DNA of 64,000 bases from Macrostomum lignano (lineage: Eukaryota): the NCBI GenBank assembly GCA_002269645.1, contig NIVC01003773.1:13533-77532 (forward strand). Direction: 5' to 3'. The position numbers and the translations under genes are program-made. Shown in pieces: positions 50,964 through 64,000 of the stretch. The notes under the pieces were generated by a model that saw only the letters and a list, made by a program, of their open reading frames with translations, was not told the DNA's origin and did not search any database. Every line of letters begins with the position of its first letter. Position 1 is the stretch's first letter.

Positions 50964-52102
50964 TCCTATATACTAAAAATGTGATGTCTATATATATATA
51001 TGTGATAGATTAGAGAAAAAATGGCTGGACCGATTTTGTTCGAACTTGCACTGTTCGATCAGAAATTTTCCCGTGACGGTACATGCATCGTGGCTAAGAA
51101 ATTGCTCGATGCTAAAGGCATTAAATATTCGAAAAACATGCTTTTTTGCAAAGGTCAAGCAAACTTTTTGACTTGAAATGCATTGTAAGAATGCTAGAGA
51201 AAAAACTGACTGGTTGAATTCTGACTCTGAAATAGATTGCATCATAACTGAATTGTAACTCCGACTTGAATTGAAAATGCAGTGTGGAAGCGTAGCACCA
51301 GACTTGATTTAAATTGCGTAACCATATTGTTAACTGATACTGACTGACTGAGAAACTAATTATGTCATAACTGCTTCGTGTGATTTACTCTATGCTTGGA
51401 TTTAAAAGTGTTGAGTTATATAAGTGCAAAAGTTGATGTTATCAAAACGATGAGAGCTGGCCTAAAGGTGAACAAACTGAACTGCTAAATGCAGTGACGA
51501 TGGTTTGAATTTTCGATGGTTTGAATTTGAGTTGAGTATATACTAAAAATGTGATGTCTATATATATATATGTGATAGATTAGAGAAAAAATGGCTGGAC
51601 CGATTTTGTTCGAACTTGCACTGTTCGATCAGAAATTTTCCCGTGACGGTACATGCATCGTGGCTAAGAAATTGCTCGATGCTAAAGGCATTAAATATTC
51701 GAAAAACATGCTTTTTTGCAAAGGTCAAGCAAACTTTTTGACTTGAAATGCATTGTAAGAATGCTAGAGAAAAAACTGACTGGTTGAATTCTGACTCTGA
51801 AATAGATTGCATCATAACTGAATTGTAACTCCGACTTGAATTGAAAATGCAGTGTGGAAGCGTAGCACCAGACTTGATTTAAATTGCGTAACCATATTGT
51901 TAACTGATACTGACTGACTGAGAAACTAATTATGTCATAACTGCTTCGTGTGATTTACTCTATGCTTGGATTTAAAAGTGTTGAGTTATATAAGTGCAAA
52001 AGTTGATGTTATCAAAACGATGAGAGCTAGCCTAAAGGTGAACAAACTGAACTGCTAAATGCAGTGACGATGGTTTGAATTTTCGATGGTTTGAATTTGA
52101 GT
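50964..52102 (+). mobile_element. Two tandem 570-bp-period copies of the Helitron-like 5' segment
   Basis: 50967-51532 and 51537-52102 are identical in my reading except G51459/A52029; the ORF track shows identical peptides 570 bp apart. The first ~400 bp is homologous to 46696-47095 (e.g. TAAATATTCGAAAAACATGCTTTTTTGCAAAGGTCAAGC and GACTTGATTTAAATTGCGTAACCATATTG). Confidence 0.65.
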
Positions 52103-52159
52103 ATAATTTTTTTAATTAAAGCTTTTCAATGTCAGGAAAACTAAAAGACTTTTTAAAAA

Positions 52160-55100
52160 GAAGCGTCATATAAAAATCGTAGAAGCGTCATGTAAACAAT
52201 CATAAAAGCGTCATGTAAACAATCATAGAAGCGTCATGTAAACAATCATAGAAGCGTCATGTAAAAAATCGTAGAAGCGTCATGTAAAAAATCTTAGAAG
52301 CGTCATGTTAACAATCATAGAAGCGTCATGTAAACAATCATAGAAGCGTCATGTAAACAATCATAGAAGCGTCATGTAAAAAATCATAGAAGCGTCATAT
52401 AAAAATCGTAGAAGCGTCATGTAAACAATCATAGAAGCGTCATGTAAAAAATCATAGAAGCGTCATGTAAACAATCATAGAAGCGTCATGTAAACAATCA
52501 TAGAAGCGTCATGTTACCAATCATAGAAGCGTCATGTAAACAATCATAGAAGCGTCATGTAAAAAATCATAGAAGCGTCATGTAAAAAATCATAGAAGCG
52601 TCATACAAAAATCGTAGAAGCGTCATGTAAACAATCATAAAAGCGTCATGTAAAAAATCGTAGAAGCGTCATGTAAAAAATCTTAGAAGCGTCATGTAAA
52701 CAATCATAGAAGCGTCATGTAAACAATCATAGAAGCGTCATGTAAACAATCATAGAAGCGCCATGTAAAAAATCATAGAAGCGTCATGTAAACAATCATA
52801 GAAGCGTCATGTAAAAAATCATAGAAGCGTCATGTAAACAATCATAGAAGCGTCATGTAAAAAATCGTAGAGGCGTCATGTAAACAATCATAAAAGCGTC
52901 ATGTAAACAATCATAGAAGCGTCATGCAAACAATCATAGAAGCGTCATGTAAAAATCGTAGAAGCGTCATGTAAACAATCATAGAAGCGTCATGTAAACA
53001 ATCATAGAAGCGTCATGTAAAAAATCTTAGAAGCGTCATGTAAACAATCATAGAAGCGTCATGTAAACAATCATAGAAGCGTCATATAAAAATCGTAGAA
53101 GCGTCATGTAAAAAATCATAGAAGCGTCATATAAAAATCGTAGAAGCGTCATGTAAACAATCATAGAAGCGTCATGTAAAAATCGTAGAAGCGTCATGTA
53201 AACAATCATAGAAGCGTCATGTAAAAAATCATAGAAGCGTCATGTAAAAAATCATAGAAGCGTCATATAAAAATCGTAGAAGCGTCATGTAAACAATCAT
53301 AGAAGCGTCATGTAAAAATCGTAGAAGCGTCATGTAAACAATCATAGAAGCGTCATTTAAAAAATCATAGAAGCGTCATGTAAACAATCATAGAAGCGTC
53401 ATGTAAACAATCATAGAAGCGTCATGTAAACAATCATAGAAGCGTCATGTAAACAATCATAGAAGCGTCATGTAAAAATTCGTAGAAGCGTCATGTAAAA
53501 AATCTTAGAAGCGTCATGTAAACAATCATAGAAGCGTCATGTAAACAATCATAGAAGCGTCATGTAAACAATCATAGAAGCGTCATGTAAAAAATCGTAG
53601 AAGCGTCATGTAAAAAATCTTAGAAGCGTCATGTAAAAAATCATAAAAGCGTCATGTAAACAATCATAGAAGCGTCATGTAAAAAATCATAGAAGCGTCA
53701 TGTAAACAATCATAGAAGCGTCATGTAAAAAATCATAGAAGCGTCATGTAAACAATCATAGAAGCGTCATGTAAACAATCATAGAAGCGTCATGTAAACA
53801 ATCACAGAAGCGTCATATAAAAATCGTAGAAGCGTCATGTAAACAATCATAGAAGCGTCATGTAAAAAATCATAGAAGCGTCATGTAAACAATAATAGAA
53901 GCGTCATGTAAAAATTCGTAGAGGCGTCATGTAAACAATCATAAAAGCGTCATGTAAACAATCATAGAAGCGTCATGCAAACAATCATAGAAGCGTCATG
54001 TAAAAATCGTAGAAGCGTCATGTAAACAATCATAGAAGCGTCATGTAAACAATCATAGAAGCGTCATGTAAAAAATCTTAGAAGCGTCATGTAAACAATC
54101 ATAGAAGCGTCATGTAAACAATCATAGAAGCGTCATATAAAAATCGTAGAAGCGTCATGTAAAAAATCATAGAAGCGTCATATAAAAATCGTAGAAGCGT
54201 CATGTAAACAATCATAGAAGCGTCATGTAAAAATCGTAGAAGCGTCATGTAAAAAATCATAGAAGCGTCATGTAAAAAATCATAGAAGCGTCATATAAAA
54301 ATCGTAGAAGCGTCATGTAAACAATCATAGAAGCGTCATGTAAAAATCATAGAAGCGTCATGTAAACAATCATAGAAGCGTCATGTAAAAATCATAGAAG
54401 CGTCATGTAAAAATCATAGAAGCGTCATGTAAAAAATCATAGAAGCGTCATATAAAAATCATAGAAGCGTCATGTAAACAATCATAGAAGCGTCATGTAA
54501 ACAATCATAGAAGCGTCATGTAAACAATCATAGAAGCGTCATGTAAACAATCATAGAAGCGTCATGTAAACAATCATAGAAGCGTCATGTAAACAATCAT
54601 AGAAGCGTCATGTAAAAATCATAGAAGCGTCATATAAAAATCGTAGAAGCGTCATGTAAACAATCATAAAGCGTCATGTAAAAATCATAGAAGCGTCATG
54701 TAAACAATCATAGAAGCGTCATGTAAACAATCATAGAAGCGTCATATAAAAATCATAGAAGCGTCATATAAAAATCATAGAAGCGTCATGTAAACAATCA
54801 TAGAAGCGTCATTAAAAATCATAGAAGCGTCATGTAAACAATCATAGAAGCGTCATGTAAACAATCATAGAAGCGTCATGTAAACAATCATAGAAGCGTC
54901 ATGTAAAAAATCATAGAAGCGTCATGTAAAAATCATAGAAGCGTCATGTAAAAATCATAAAGCGTCACGTAAAAATCGTAAAGCGTCATGTAAAAAATCT
55001 TAGAAGCGTCATGTAAACAATCATAGAAGCGTCATGTAAACAATCATAGAAGCGTCATGTAAAAAATCGTAGAAGCGTCATGTAAAAAATCATAGAAGCG

Positions 55101-58100
55101 TCATGTAAACAATCATAGAAGCGTCATGTAAAAATCGTAGAAGCGTCATGTAAAAAATCTTAGAAGCGTCATGTAAACAATCATAGAAGCGTCATGTAAA
55201 CAATCATAGAAGCGTCATGTAAACAATCATAGAAGCGTCATGTAAAAATCGTAGAAGCGTCATGTAAAAAATCTTAGAAGCGTCATGTAAAAAATCATAA
55301 AGCGTCATGTAAACAATCATAGAAGCGTCATGTAAAAATCATAGAAGCGTCATGTAAACAATCATAGAAGCGTCATGTAAAAAATCATAGAAGCGTCATG
55401 TAAAAATCATAGAAGCGTCATGTAAACAATCATAGAAGCGTCATGTAAACAATCACAGAAGCGTCATGTAAACAATCGTAGAAGCGTCATATAAAAATCA
55501 TAGAAGCGTCATGTAAACAATCATAGAAGCGTCATGTAAACAATCATAGAAGCGTCATGTAAACAATCGTAGAAGCGTCATGTAAAAATCATAGAAGCGT
55601 CATGTAAACAATCATAGAAGCGTCATGTAAACAATCATAGAAGCGTCATGTAAACAATCATAGAAGCGTCATGTAAAAAATCATAGAAGCGTCATGTAAA
55701 CAATCATAGAAGCGTCATGTAAACAATCATAGAAGCGTCATGTAAAAATCATAGAAGCGTCATGTAAACAATCATAGAAGCGTCATGTAAACAATCATAG
55801 AAGCGTCATGTAAAAATCATAGAAGCGTCATGTAAAAAATCATAGAAGCGTCATGTAAAAATCATAGAAGCGTCATGTAAACAATCATAGAAGCGTCATG
55901 TAAAAATCATAGAAGCGTCATGTAAAAAATCATAGAAGCGTCATGTAAAAATCATAGAAGCGTCATATAAAAATCGTAGAAGCGTCATGTAAACAATCAT
56001 AGAAGCGTCATGTAAAAATCGTAGAAGCGTCATGTAAACAATCATAGAAGCGTCATGTAAACAATCATAGAAGCGTCATGTAAAAATCATAGAAGCGTCA
56101 TGTAAAAAATCATAGAAGCGTCATGTAAAAATCATAGAAGCGTCATGTAAAAAATCATAGAAGCGTCATGTAAAAATCATAGAAGCGTCATGTAAACAAT
56201 CATAGAAGCGTCATGTAAACAATCATAGAAGCGTCATGTAAACAATCATAGAAGCGTCATGTAAAAATCATAGAAGCGTCATGTAAAAAATCATAGAAGC
56301 GTCATGTAAAAATCGTAGAAGCGTCATGTAAACAATCATAAAGCGTCATGTAAAAAATCATAGAAGCGTCATGTAAACAATCATAGAAGCGTCATGTAAA
56401 CAATCATAGAAGCGTCATAAAAATCGTAGAAGCGTCATGTAAAAATCATAGAAGCGTCATGTAAACAATCATAGAAGCGTCATGTAAAAAATCATAGAAG
56501 CGTCATGTAAACAATCATAGAAGCGTCATGTAAACAATCATAGAAGCGTCATGTAAAAATCATAGAAGCGTCATGTAAAAAATCATAGAAGCGTCATGTA
56601 AAAAATCATAGAAGCGTCATGTAAAAATCATAGAAGCGTCATGTAAACAATCATAGAAGCGTCATGTAAAAAATCTAGAAGCGTCATGTAAAAATCATAG
56701 AAGCGTCATGTAAACAATCATAGAAGCGTCATGTAAACAATCATAGAAGCGTCATGTAAAAAATCGTAGAAGCGTCATGTAAAAAATCATAGAAGCGTCA
56801 TGTAAAAATCATAGAAGCGTCATGTAAACAATCATAGAAGCGTCATATAAAAATCTAGAAGCGTCATGTAAAAATCTAGAAGCGTCATGTAAAAATCATA
56901 GAAGCGTCATGTAAAAATCATAGAAGCGTCATGTAAACAATCATAGAAGCGTCATGTAAAAATCATAGAAGCGTCATGTAAACAATCATAGAAGCGTCAT
57001 GTAAACAATCATAGAAGCGTCATGTAAACAATCATAGAAGCGTCATGTAAAAAATCATAGAAGCGTCATGTAAAAAATCATAGAAGCGCATGTAAAAATC
57101 ATAGAAGCGTCATGTAAACAATCATAGAAGCGTCATGTAAAAAATCATAGAAGCGTCATATAAAAATCATAGAAGCGTCATGTAAACAATCATAGAAGCG
57201 TCATGTAAACAATCATAGAAGCGTCATGTAAAAATCGTAGAAGCGTCATGTAAAAAATCTAGAAGCGTCATGTAAAAAATCTAGAAGCGTCATGTAAAAA
57301 TCATAGAAGCGTCATGTAAACAATCATAGAAGCGTCATGTAAAAATCATAGAAGCGTCATGTAAACAATCATAGAAGCGTCATGTAAAAATCATAGAAGC
57401 GTCATGTAAAAATCATAGAAGCGTCATGTAAACAATCATAGAAGCGTCATGTAAAAATCATAGAAGCGTCATGTAAAAATCATAGAAGCGTCATGTAAAC
57501 AATCATAGAAGCGTCATGTAAACAATCATAGAAGCGTCATCTAAACAATCATAGAAGCGTCATGTAAAAAATCATAGAAGCGTCATGTAAACAATCATAG
57601 AAGCGTCATGTAAAAATCATAGAAGCGTCATGTAAACAATCATAGAAGCGTCATGTAAACAATCATAGAAGCGTCATGTAAACAATCATAGAAGCGTCAT
57701 ATAAAAATCGTAGAAGCGTCATGTAAACAATCATAGAAGCGTCATTTAAAAAATCATAGAAGCGTCATGTAAACAATCATAGAAGCGTCATGTAAACAAT
57801 CATAGAAGCGTCATGTAAACAATCATAGAAGCGTCATGTAAAAATCATAGAAGCGTCATGTAAAAATCATAGAAGCGTCATATAAAAATCGTAGAAGCGT
57901 CATGTAAACAATCATAAAAGCGTCATGTAAAAAATCGTAGAAGCGTCATGTAAAAAATCTTAGAAGCGTCATGTAAACAATCATAGAAGCGTCATGTAAA
58001 CAATCATAGAAGCGTCATGTAAAAAATCGTAGAAGCGTCATGTAAAAAATCATAGAAGCGTCATGTAAACAATCATAGAAGCGTCATGTAAAAATCGTAG

Positions 58101-61100
58101 AGGCGTCATGTAAACAATCATAAAGCGTCATGTAAACAATCATAGAAGCGTCATGTAAACAATCATAGAAGCGTCATGTAAAAATCATAGAAGCGTCATG
58201 TAAACAATCATAGAAGCGTCATGTAAAAAATCATAGAAGCGTCATGTAAAAAATCTTAGAAGCGTCATGTAAACAATCATAGAAGCGTCATGTAAACAAT
58301 CATAGAAGCGTCATATAAAAATCGTAGAAGCGTCATGTAAAAAATCATAGAAGCGTCATATAAAAATCGTAGAAGCGTCATGTAAACAATCATAGAAGCG
58401 TCATGTAAAAATCGTAGAAGCGTCATGTAAACAATCATAGAAGCGTCATGTAAAAATCATAGAAGCGTCATGTAAAAATCATAGAAGCGTCATATAAAAA
58501 TCGTAGAAGCGTCATGTAAACAATCATAGAAGCGTCATGTAAAAAATCATAGAAGCGTCATGTAAACAATCATAGAAGCGTCATGTAAACAATCATAGAA
58601 GCGTCATGTAAACAATCATAGAAGCGTCATGTAAACAATCATAGAAGCGTCATGTAAACAATCATAGAAGCGTCATGTAAAAAATCATAGAAGCGTCATG
58701 TAAAAAATCATAGAAGCGTCATATAAAAATCGTAGAAGCGTCATGTAAACAATCATAAAAGCGTCATGTAAAAATTCGTAGAAGCGTCATGTAAAAAATC
58801 TTAGAAGCGTCATGTAAACAATCATAGAAGCGTCATGTAAACAATCATAGAAGCGCATGTAAAAATCATAGAAGCGTCATGTAAAAATCAGAAGCGTCAT
58901 GTAAACAATCATAGAAGCGTCATGTAAACAATCATAGAAGCGCCATGTAAAAAATCATAGAAGCGTCATGTAAACAATCATAAAGCGTCATGTAAAAAAT
59001 CTTAGAAGCGTCATGTAAACAATCATAGAAGCGTCATGTAAACAATCATAGAAGCGTCATGTAAACAATCATAGAAGCGTCATATAAAAATCGTAGAAGC
59101 GTCATGTAAAAATCATAGAAGCGTCATTAAAAAATCATAGAAGCGTCATGTAAACAATCATAGAAGCGTCATGTAAACAATCATAGAAGCGTCATGTAAA
59201 CAATCATAGAAGCGTCATGTAAAAAATCATAGAAGCGTCATGTAAAAAATCATAGAAGCGTCATGTAAAAATCGTAGAAGCGTCATGTAAACAATCATAA
59301 AAGCGTCACGTAAAAAATCGTAGAAGCGTCATGTAAAAAATCTTAGAAGCGTCATGTAAACAATCATAGAAGCGTCATGTAAACAATCATAGAAGCGTCA
59401 TGTAAAAAATCGTAGAAGCGTCATGTAAAAAATCATAGAAGCGTCATATAAAAATCGTAGAAGCGTCATGTAAACAATCATAGAAGCGTCATATAAAAAT
59501 CGTAGAAGCGTCATGTAAAAAATCTAGAAGCGTCATGTAAACAATCATAGAAGCGTCATATAAAAATCGTAGAAGCGTCATGTAAACAATCATAGAAGCG
59601 TCATGTAAAAAAATCATAGAAGCGTCATGTAAAAATCATAGAAGCGTCATGTAAACAATCATAGAAGCGTCATGTAAACAATCATAGAAGCGTCATGTAA
59701 AAAATCATAGAAGCGTCATGTAAAAAATCATAGAAGCGTCATGTAAAAATCATAGAAGCGTCATGTAAACAATCATAGAAGCGTCATGTAAAAAATCAGA
59801 AGCGTCATGTAAAAAATCATAGAAGCGTCATGTAAACAATCATAGAAGCGTCATGTAAACAATCATAGAAGCGTCATGTAAAAAATAGAAGCGTCATGTA
59901 AAAAATCATAGAAGCGTCATGTAAAAATCATAGAAGCGTCATGTAAAAAATCATAGAAGCGTCATGTAAAAATATAGAAGCGTCATGTAAACAATCATAG
60001 AAGCGTCATGTAAAAATCATAGAAGCGTCATGTAAAAATCATAGAAGCGTCATGTAAAAATCATAGAAGCGTCATGTAAAAATCATAGAAGCGTCATGTA
60101 AAAAATCATAGAAGCGTCATGTAAAAATCATAGAAGCGTCATGTAAAAATCATAGAAGCGTCATGTAAAAATCATAGAAGCGTCATGTAAAAAATCATAG
60201 AAGCGTCATATAAAAATCATAGAAGCGTCATGTAAAAATCATAGAAGCGTCATGTAAAAATCATAGAAGCGTCATGTAAACAATCATAGAAGCGTCATGT
60301 AAAAAATCATAGAAGCGTCATGTAAAAATCATAGAAGCGTCATGTAAAAATCATAGAAGCGTCATGTAAACAATCATAGAAGCGTCATGTAAAAAATCAT
60401 AGAAGCGTCATGTAAACAATCATAGAAGCGTCATGTAAAAATCATAGAAGCGTCATGTAAACAATCATAGAAGCGTCATGTAAACAATCATAGAAGCGTC
60501 ATGTAAAAAATCATAGAAGCGTCATGTAAAAATCATAGAAGCGTCATGTAAAAAATCATAGAAGCGTCATGTAAACAATCATAGAAGCGTCATGTAAAAA
60601 TCATAGAAGCGTCATGTAAACAATCATAGAAGCGTCATGTAAAAAATCATAGAAGCGTCATGTAAACAATCATAGAAGCGTCATGTAAACAATCATAGAA
60701 GCGTCATGTAAAAATCATAGAAGCGTCATGTAAAAATCATAGAAGCGTCATGTAAAAATCATAGAAGCGTCATGTAAACAATCATAGAAGCGTCATGTAA
60801 AAATCATAGAAGCGTCATGTAAACAATCATAGAAGCGTCATGTAAAAAATCATAGAAGCGTCATGTAAACAATCATAGAAGCGTCATGTAAAAATCATAG
60901 AAGCGTCATGTAAACAATCATAGAAGCGTCATGTAAAAATCATAGAAGCGTCATGTAAACAATCATAGAAGCGTCATGTAAAAAATCATAGAAGCGTCAT
61001 GTAAACAATCATAGAAGCGTCATGTAAAAATCATAGAAGCGTCATGTAAACAATCATAGAAGCGTCATGTAAAAAATCATAGAAGCGTCATGTAAAAAAT

Positions 61101-64000
61101 CATAGAAGCGTCATGTAAAAATCGTAGAAGCGTCATGTAAACAATCATAAAAGCGTCATGTAAAAAATCAGAAGCGTCATGTAAAAAATAGAAGCGTCAT
61201 GTAAATCATAGAAGCGTCATGTAAACAATCATAGAAGCGTCATGTAAAAAATAGAAGCGTCATGTAAAAATCATAGAAGCGTCATATAAAAATCATAGAA
61301 GCGTCATGTAAACAATCATAGAAGCGTCATGTAAAAATCATAGAAGCGTCATGTAAAAAATAGAAGCGTCATGTAAACAATCATAGAAGCGTCATAAAAA
61401 TCAGAAGCGTCATGTAAAAATCATAGAAGCGTCATGTAAAAAATCATAGAAGCGTCATGTAAAAATCATAGAAGCGTCATGTAAACAATCATAGAAGCGT
61501 CATGTAAAAATCATAGAAGCGTCATGTAAAAAATCATAGAAGCGTCATGTAAAAAATCATAGAAGCGTCATGTAAAAATCATAGAAGCGTCATGTAAACA
61601 ATCATAGAAGCGTCATGTAAAAAATCATAGAAGCGTCATGTAAAAAATCATAGAAGCGTCATGTAAACAATCATAGAAGCGTCATGTAAACAATCATAGA
61701 AGCGTCATGTAAACAATCATAGAAGCGTCATGTAAAAAATCATAGAAGCGTCATGTAAAAATCATAGAAGCGTCATGTAAAAAATCATAGAAGCGTCATG
61801 TAAAAATCATAGAAGCGTCATGTAAAAATCATAGAAGCGTCATGTAAAAATCATAGAAGCGTCATGTAAAAATCATAGAAGCGTCATGTAAAAAATCATA
61901 GAAGCGTCATGTAAACAATCATAGAAGCGTCATGTAAAAAATCATAGAAGCGTCATGTAAAAATCATAGAAGCGTCATGTAAACAATCATAGAAGCGTCA
62001 TGTAAACAATCATAGAAGCGTCATGTAAAAATCATAGAAGCGTCATGTAAACAATCATAGAAGCGTCATGTAAAAAATCATAGAAGCGTCATGTAAAAAT
62101 CATAGAAGCGTCATGTAAAAATCATAGAAGCGTCATGTAAAAATCATAGAAGCGTCATGTAAAAATCATAGAAGCGTCATGTAAAAATCATAGAAGCGTC
62201 ATGTAAAAATCATAGAAGCGTCATGTAAAAATCAGAAGCGTCATGTAAAAAATAGAAGCGTCATGTAAAAATCATAGAAGCGTCATGTAAAATCATAGAA
62301 GCGTCATGTAAACAATCATAGAAGCGTCATGTAAAAAATCGTAGAAGCGTCATGTAAAAATCATAGAAGCGTCATGTAAAAAATCATAGAAGCGTCATGT
62401 AAAAATCATAGAAGCGTCATGTAAAAAATCATAGAAGCGTCATGTAAACAATCATAGAAGCGTCATGTAAAAAATCATAGAAGCGTCATGTAAACAATCA
62501 TAGAAGCGTCATGTAAAAATCATAGAAGCGTCATGTAAACAATCATAGAAGCGTCATGTAAAAATCATAGAAGCGTCATGTAAAAAATCATAGAAGCGTC
62601 ATGTAAAAATCATAGAAGCGTCATGTAAAAATCATAGAAGCGTCATGTAAACAATCATAGAAGCGTCATGTAAACAATCATAGAAGCGTCATGTAAAAAA
62701 TCATAGAAGCGTCATGTAAAAATCATAGAAGCGTCATTAAAAATCATAGAAGCGTCATGTAAACAATCATAAAGCGTCATGTAAAAAATCATAGAAGCGT
62801 CATGTAAAAATCATAGAAGCGTCATGTAAAAATCATAGAAGCGTCATGTAAAAAATCATAGAAGCGTCATGTAAAAATCATAGAAGCGTCATGTAAAAAT
62901 CATAGAAGCGTCATGTAAACAATCATAGAAGCGTCATGTAAAAAATCATAGAAGCGTCATGTAAAAATCATAGAAGCGTCATGTAAAAATCATAGAAGCG
63001 TCATGTAAACAATCATAGAAGCGTCATGTAAAAAATCATAGAAGCGTCATGTAAAAACAATCATAGAAGCGTCATGTAAAAAATCATAGAAGCGTCATTA
63101 AAAATCATAGAAGCGTCATAAAAATCATAGAAGCGTCATGTAAAAAATCATAGAAGCGTCATATAAAAATCTAGAAGCGTCATGTAAACAATCATAGAAG
63201 CGTCATGTAAAAATCATAGAAGCGTCATGTAAACAATCATAGAAGCGTCATGTAAACAATCATAGAAGCGTCATGTAAAAATCATAGAAGCGTCATGTAA
63301 ACAATCATAGAAGCGTCATGTAAAAAATCATAGAAGCGTCATGTAAAAATCATAGAAACGTCATGTAAACAATCATAAAACGTCATGTAAACAATCATAG
63401 AAGCGTCATGTAAAAAATCATAGAAGCGTCATGTAAAAATCATAGAAGCGTCATGTAAACAATCATAGAAGCGTCATGTAAAAAATCATAGAAGCGTCAT
63501 GTAAAAAACTAGAAGCGTCATGTAAAAATCATAGAAGCGTCATGTAAACAATCATAGAAGCGTCATGTAAAAATCATAGAAGCGTCATGTAAAAAATCAT
63601 AGAAGCGTCATTAAACAAAATCATAGAAGCGTCATGTAAACAATCATAGAAGCGTCATGTAAAAATCGTAGAAGCGTCATGTAAACAATCATAGAAGCGT
63701 CATGTAAAAAATCATAGAAGCGTCATGTAAAAATCATAGAAGCGTCATATAAAAATCATAAAGCGTCATGTAAACAATCATAAAAGCGTCATGTAAAAAA
63801 TCGTAGAAGCGTCATGTAAACAATCTTAGAAGCGTCATGTAAACAATCATAGAAAGCGTCATGTAAACAATCATAGAAGCCATGTAAACAATCATAGAAG
63901 CTCATGTAAAAATCATAGAAGCGTCATGTAAAAATCTAGAAGCGTTCATGTAAAAAATCATAGAAGCGTCATGTAAACAATCATAGAAGCGGTCATGTAA
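52160..64000. repeat. Large 22-23-bp satellite TAGAAGCGTCATGTAAA(C/A)AATCA, runs off the window end
   Basis: About 11.8 kb, roughly 520 copies, uninterrupted by unique sequence. Confidence 0.98.

Noticed and set aside
49334-51013. Long ORFs (559, 387, 190 aa) and similar ORFs over 3577-4290, 4854-5887, 6823-7771, 12708-13175, 22484-23483, 42651-43140 and 48371-48836
   Set aside because: They are translations of stop-free minisatellite units, open in several frames or on both strands, with no non-repetitive domain. The 3617-4381 frame is kept only as a speculative finding.
50988-51815. Duplicated 85-aa ORF
   Set aside because: It is an incidental antisense frame within the duplicated Helitron-like segment, with no Rep/helicase or other motif.

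Overview
Eukaryotic (metazoan) genomic DNA with spliceosomal GT-AG introns; there are no prokaryotic features. The gene style and the extreme density of minisatellites are reminiscent of a free-living flatworm such as Macrostomum, but that is an inference I cannot prove here. I reconstructed seven genes by hand from splice sites and reading-frame phase. The 3' end of TAF1 (tandem bromodomains) lies on the + strand. Six consecutive genes lie on the - strand: an anillin-homology-domain protein with no PH domain, an orphan rhodopsin-class GPCR, sphingosine kinase, a KCTD10/13/TNFAIP1-type BTB protein, a low-complexity coiled-coil protein (CCDC181/CCDC34/MAP9-like W-x-x-x-K motifs), and an L(3)mbt-like MBT/SAM protein. 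Twelve of the 14 coding introns hold tandem-repeat arrays, mostly with a different 12-46 bp unit in each, and many introns would be only about 40-120 bp without the array. The last 17 kb is non-genic: Helitron-like termini flank two minisatellite arrays, followed by a near-perfect 570-bp tandem duplication and about 11.8 kb of a 23-bp satellite that runs off the window end. A tRNA-derived SINE-like family is present in three copies. Most long ORFs in the supplied track are read-throughs of repeats, not genes. Repeat-array boundaries are approximate.
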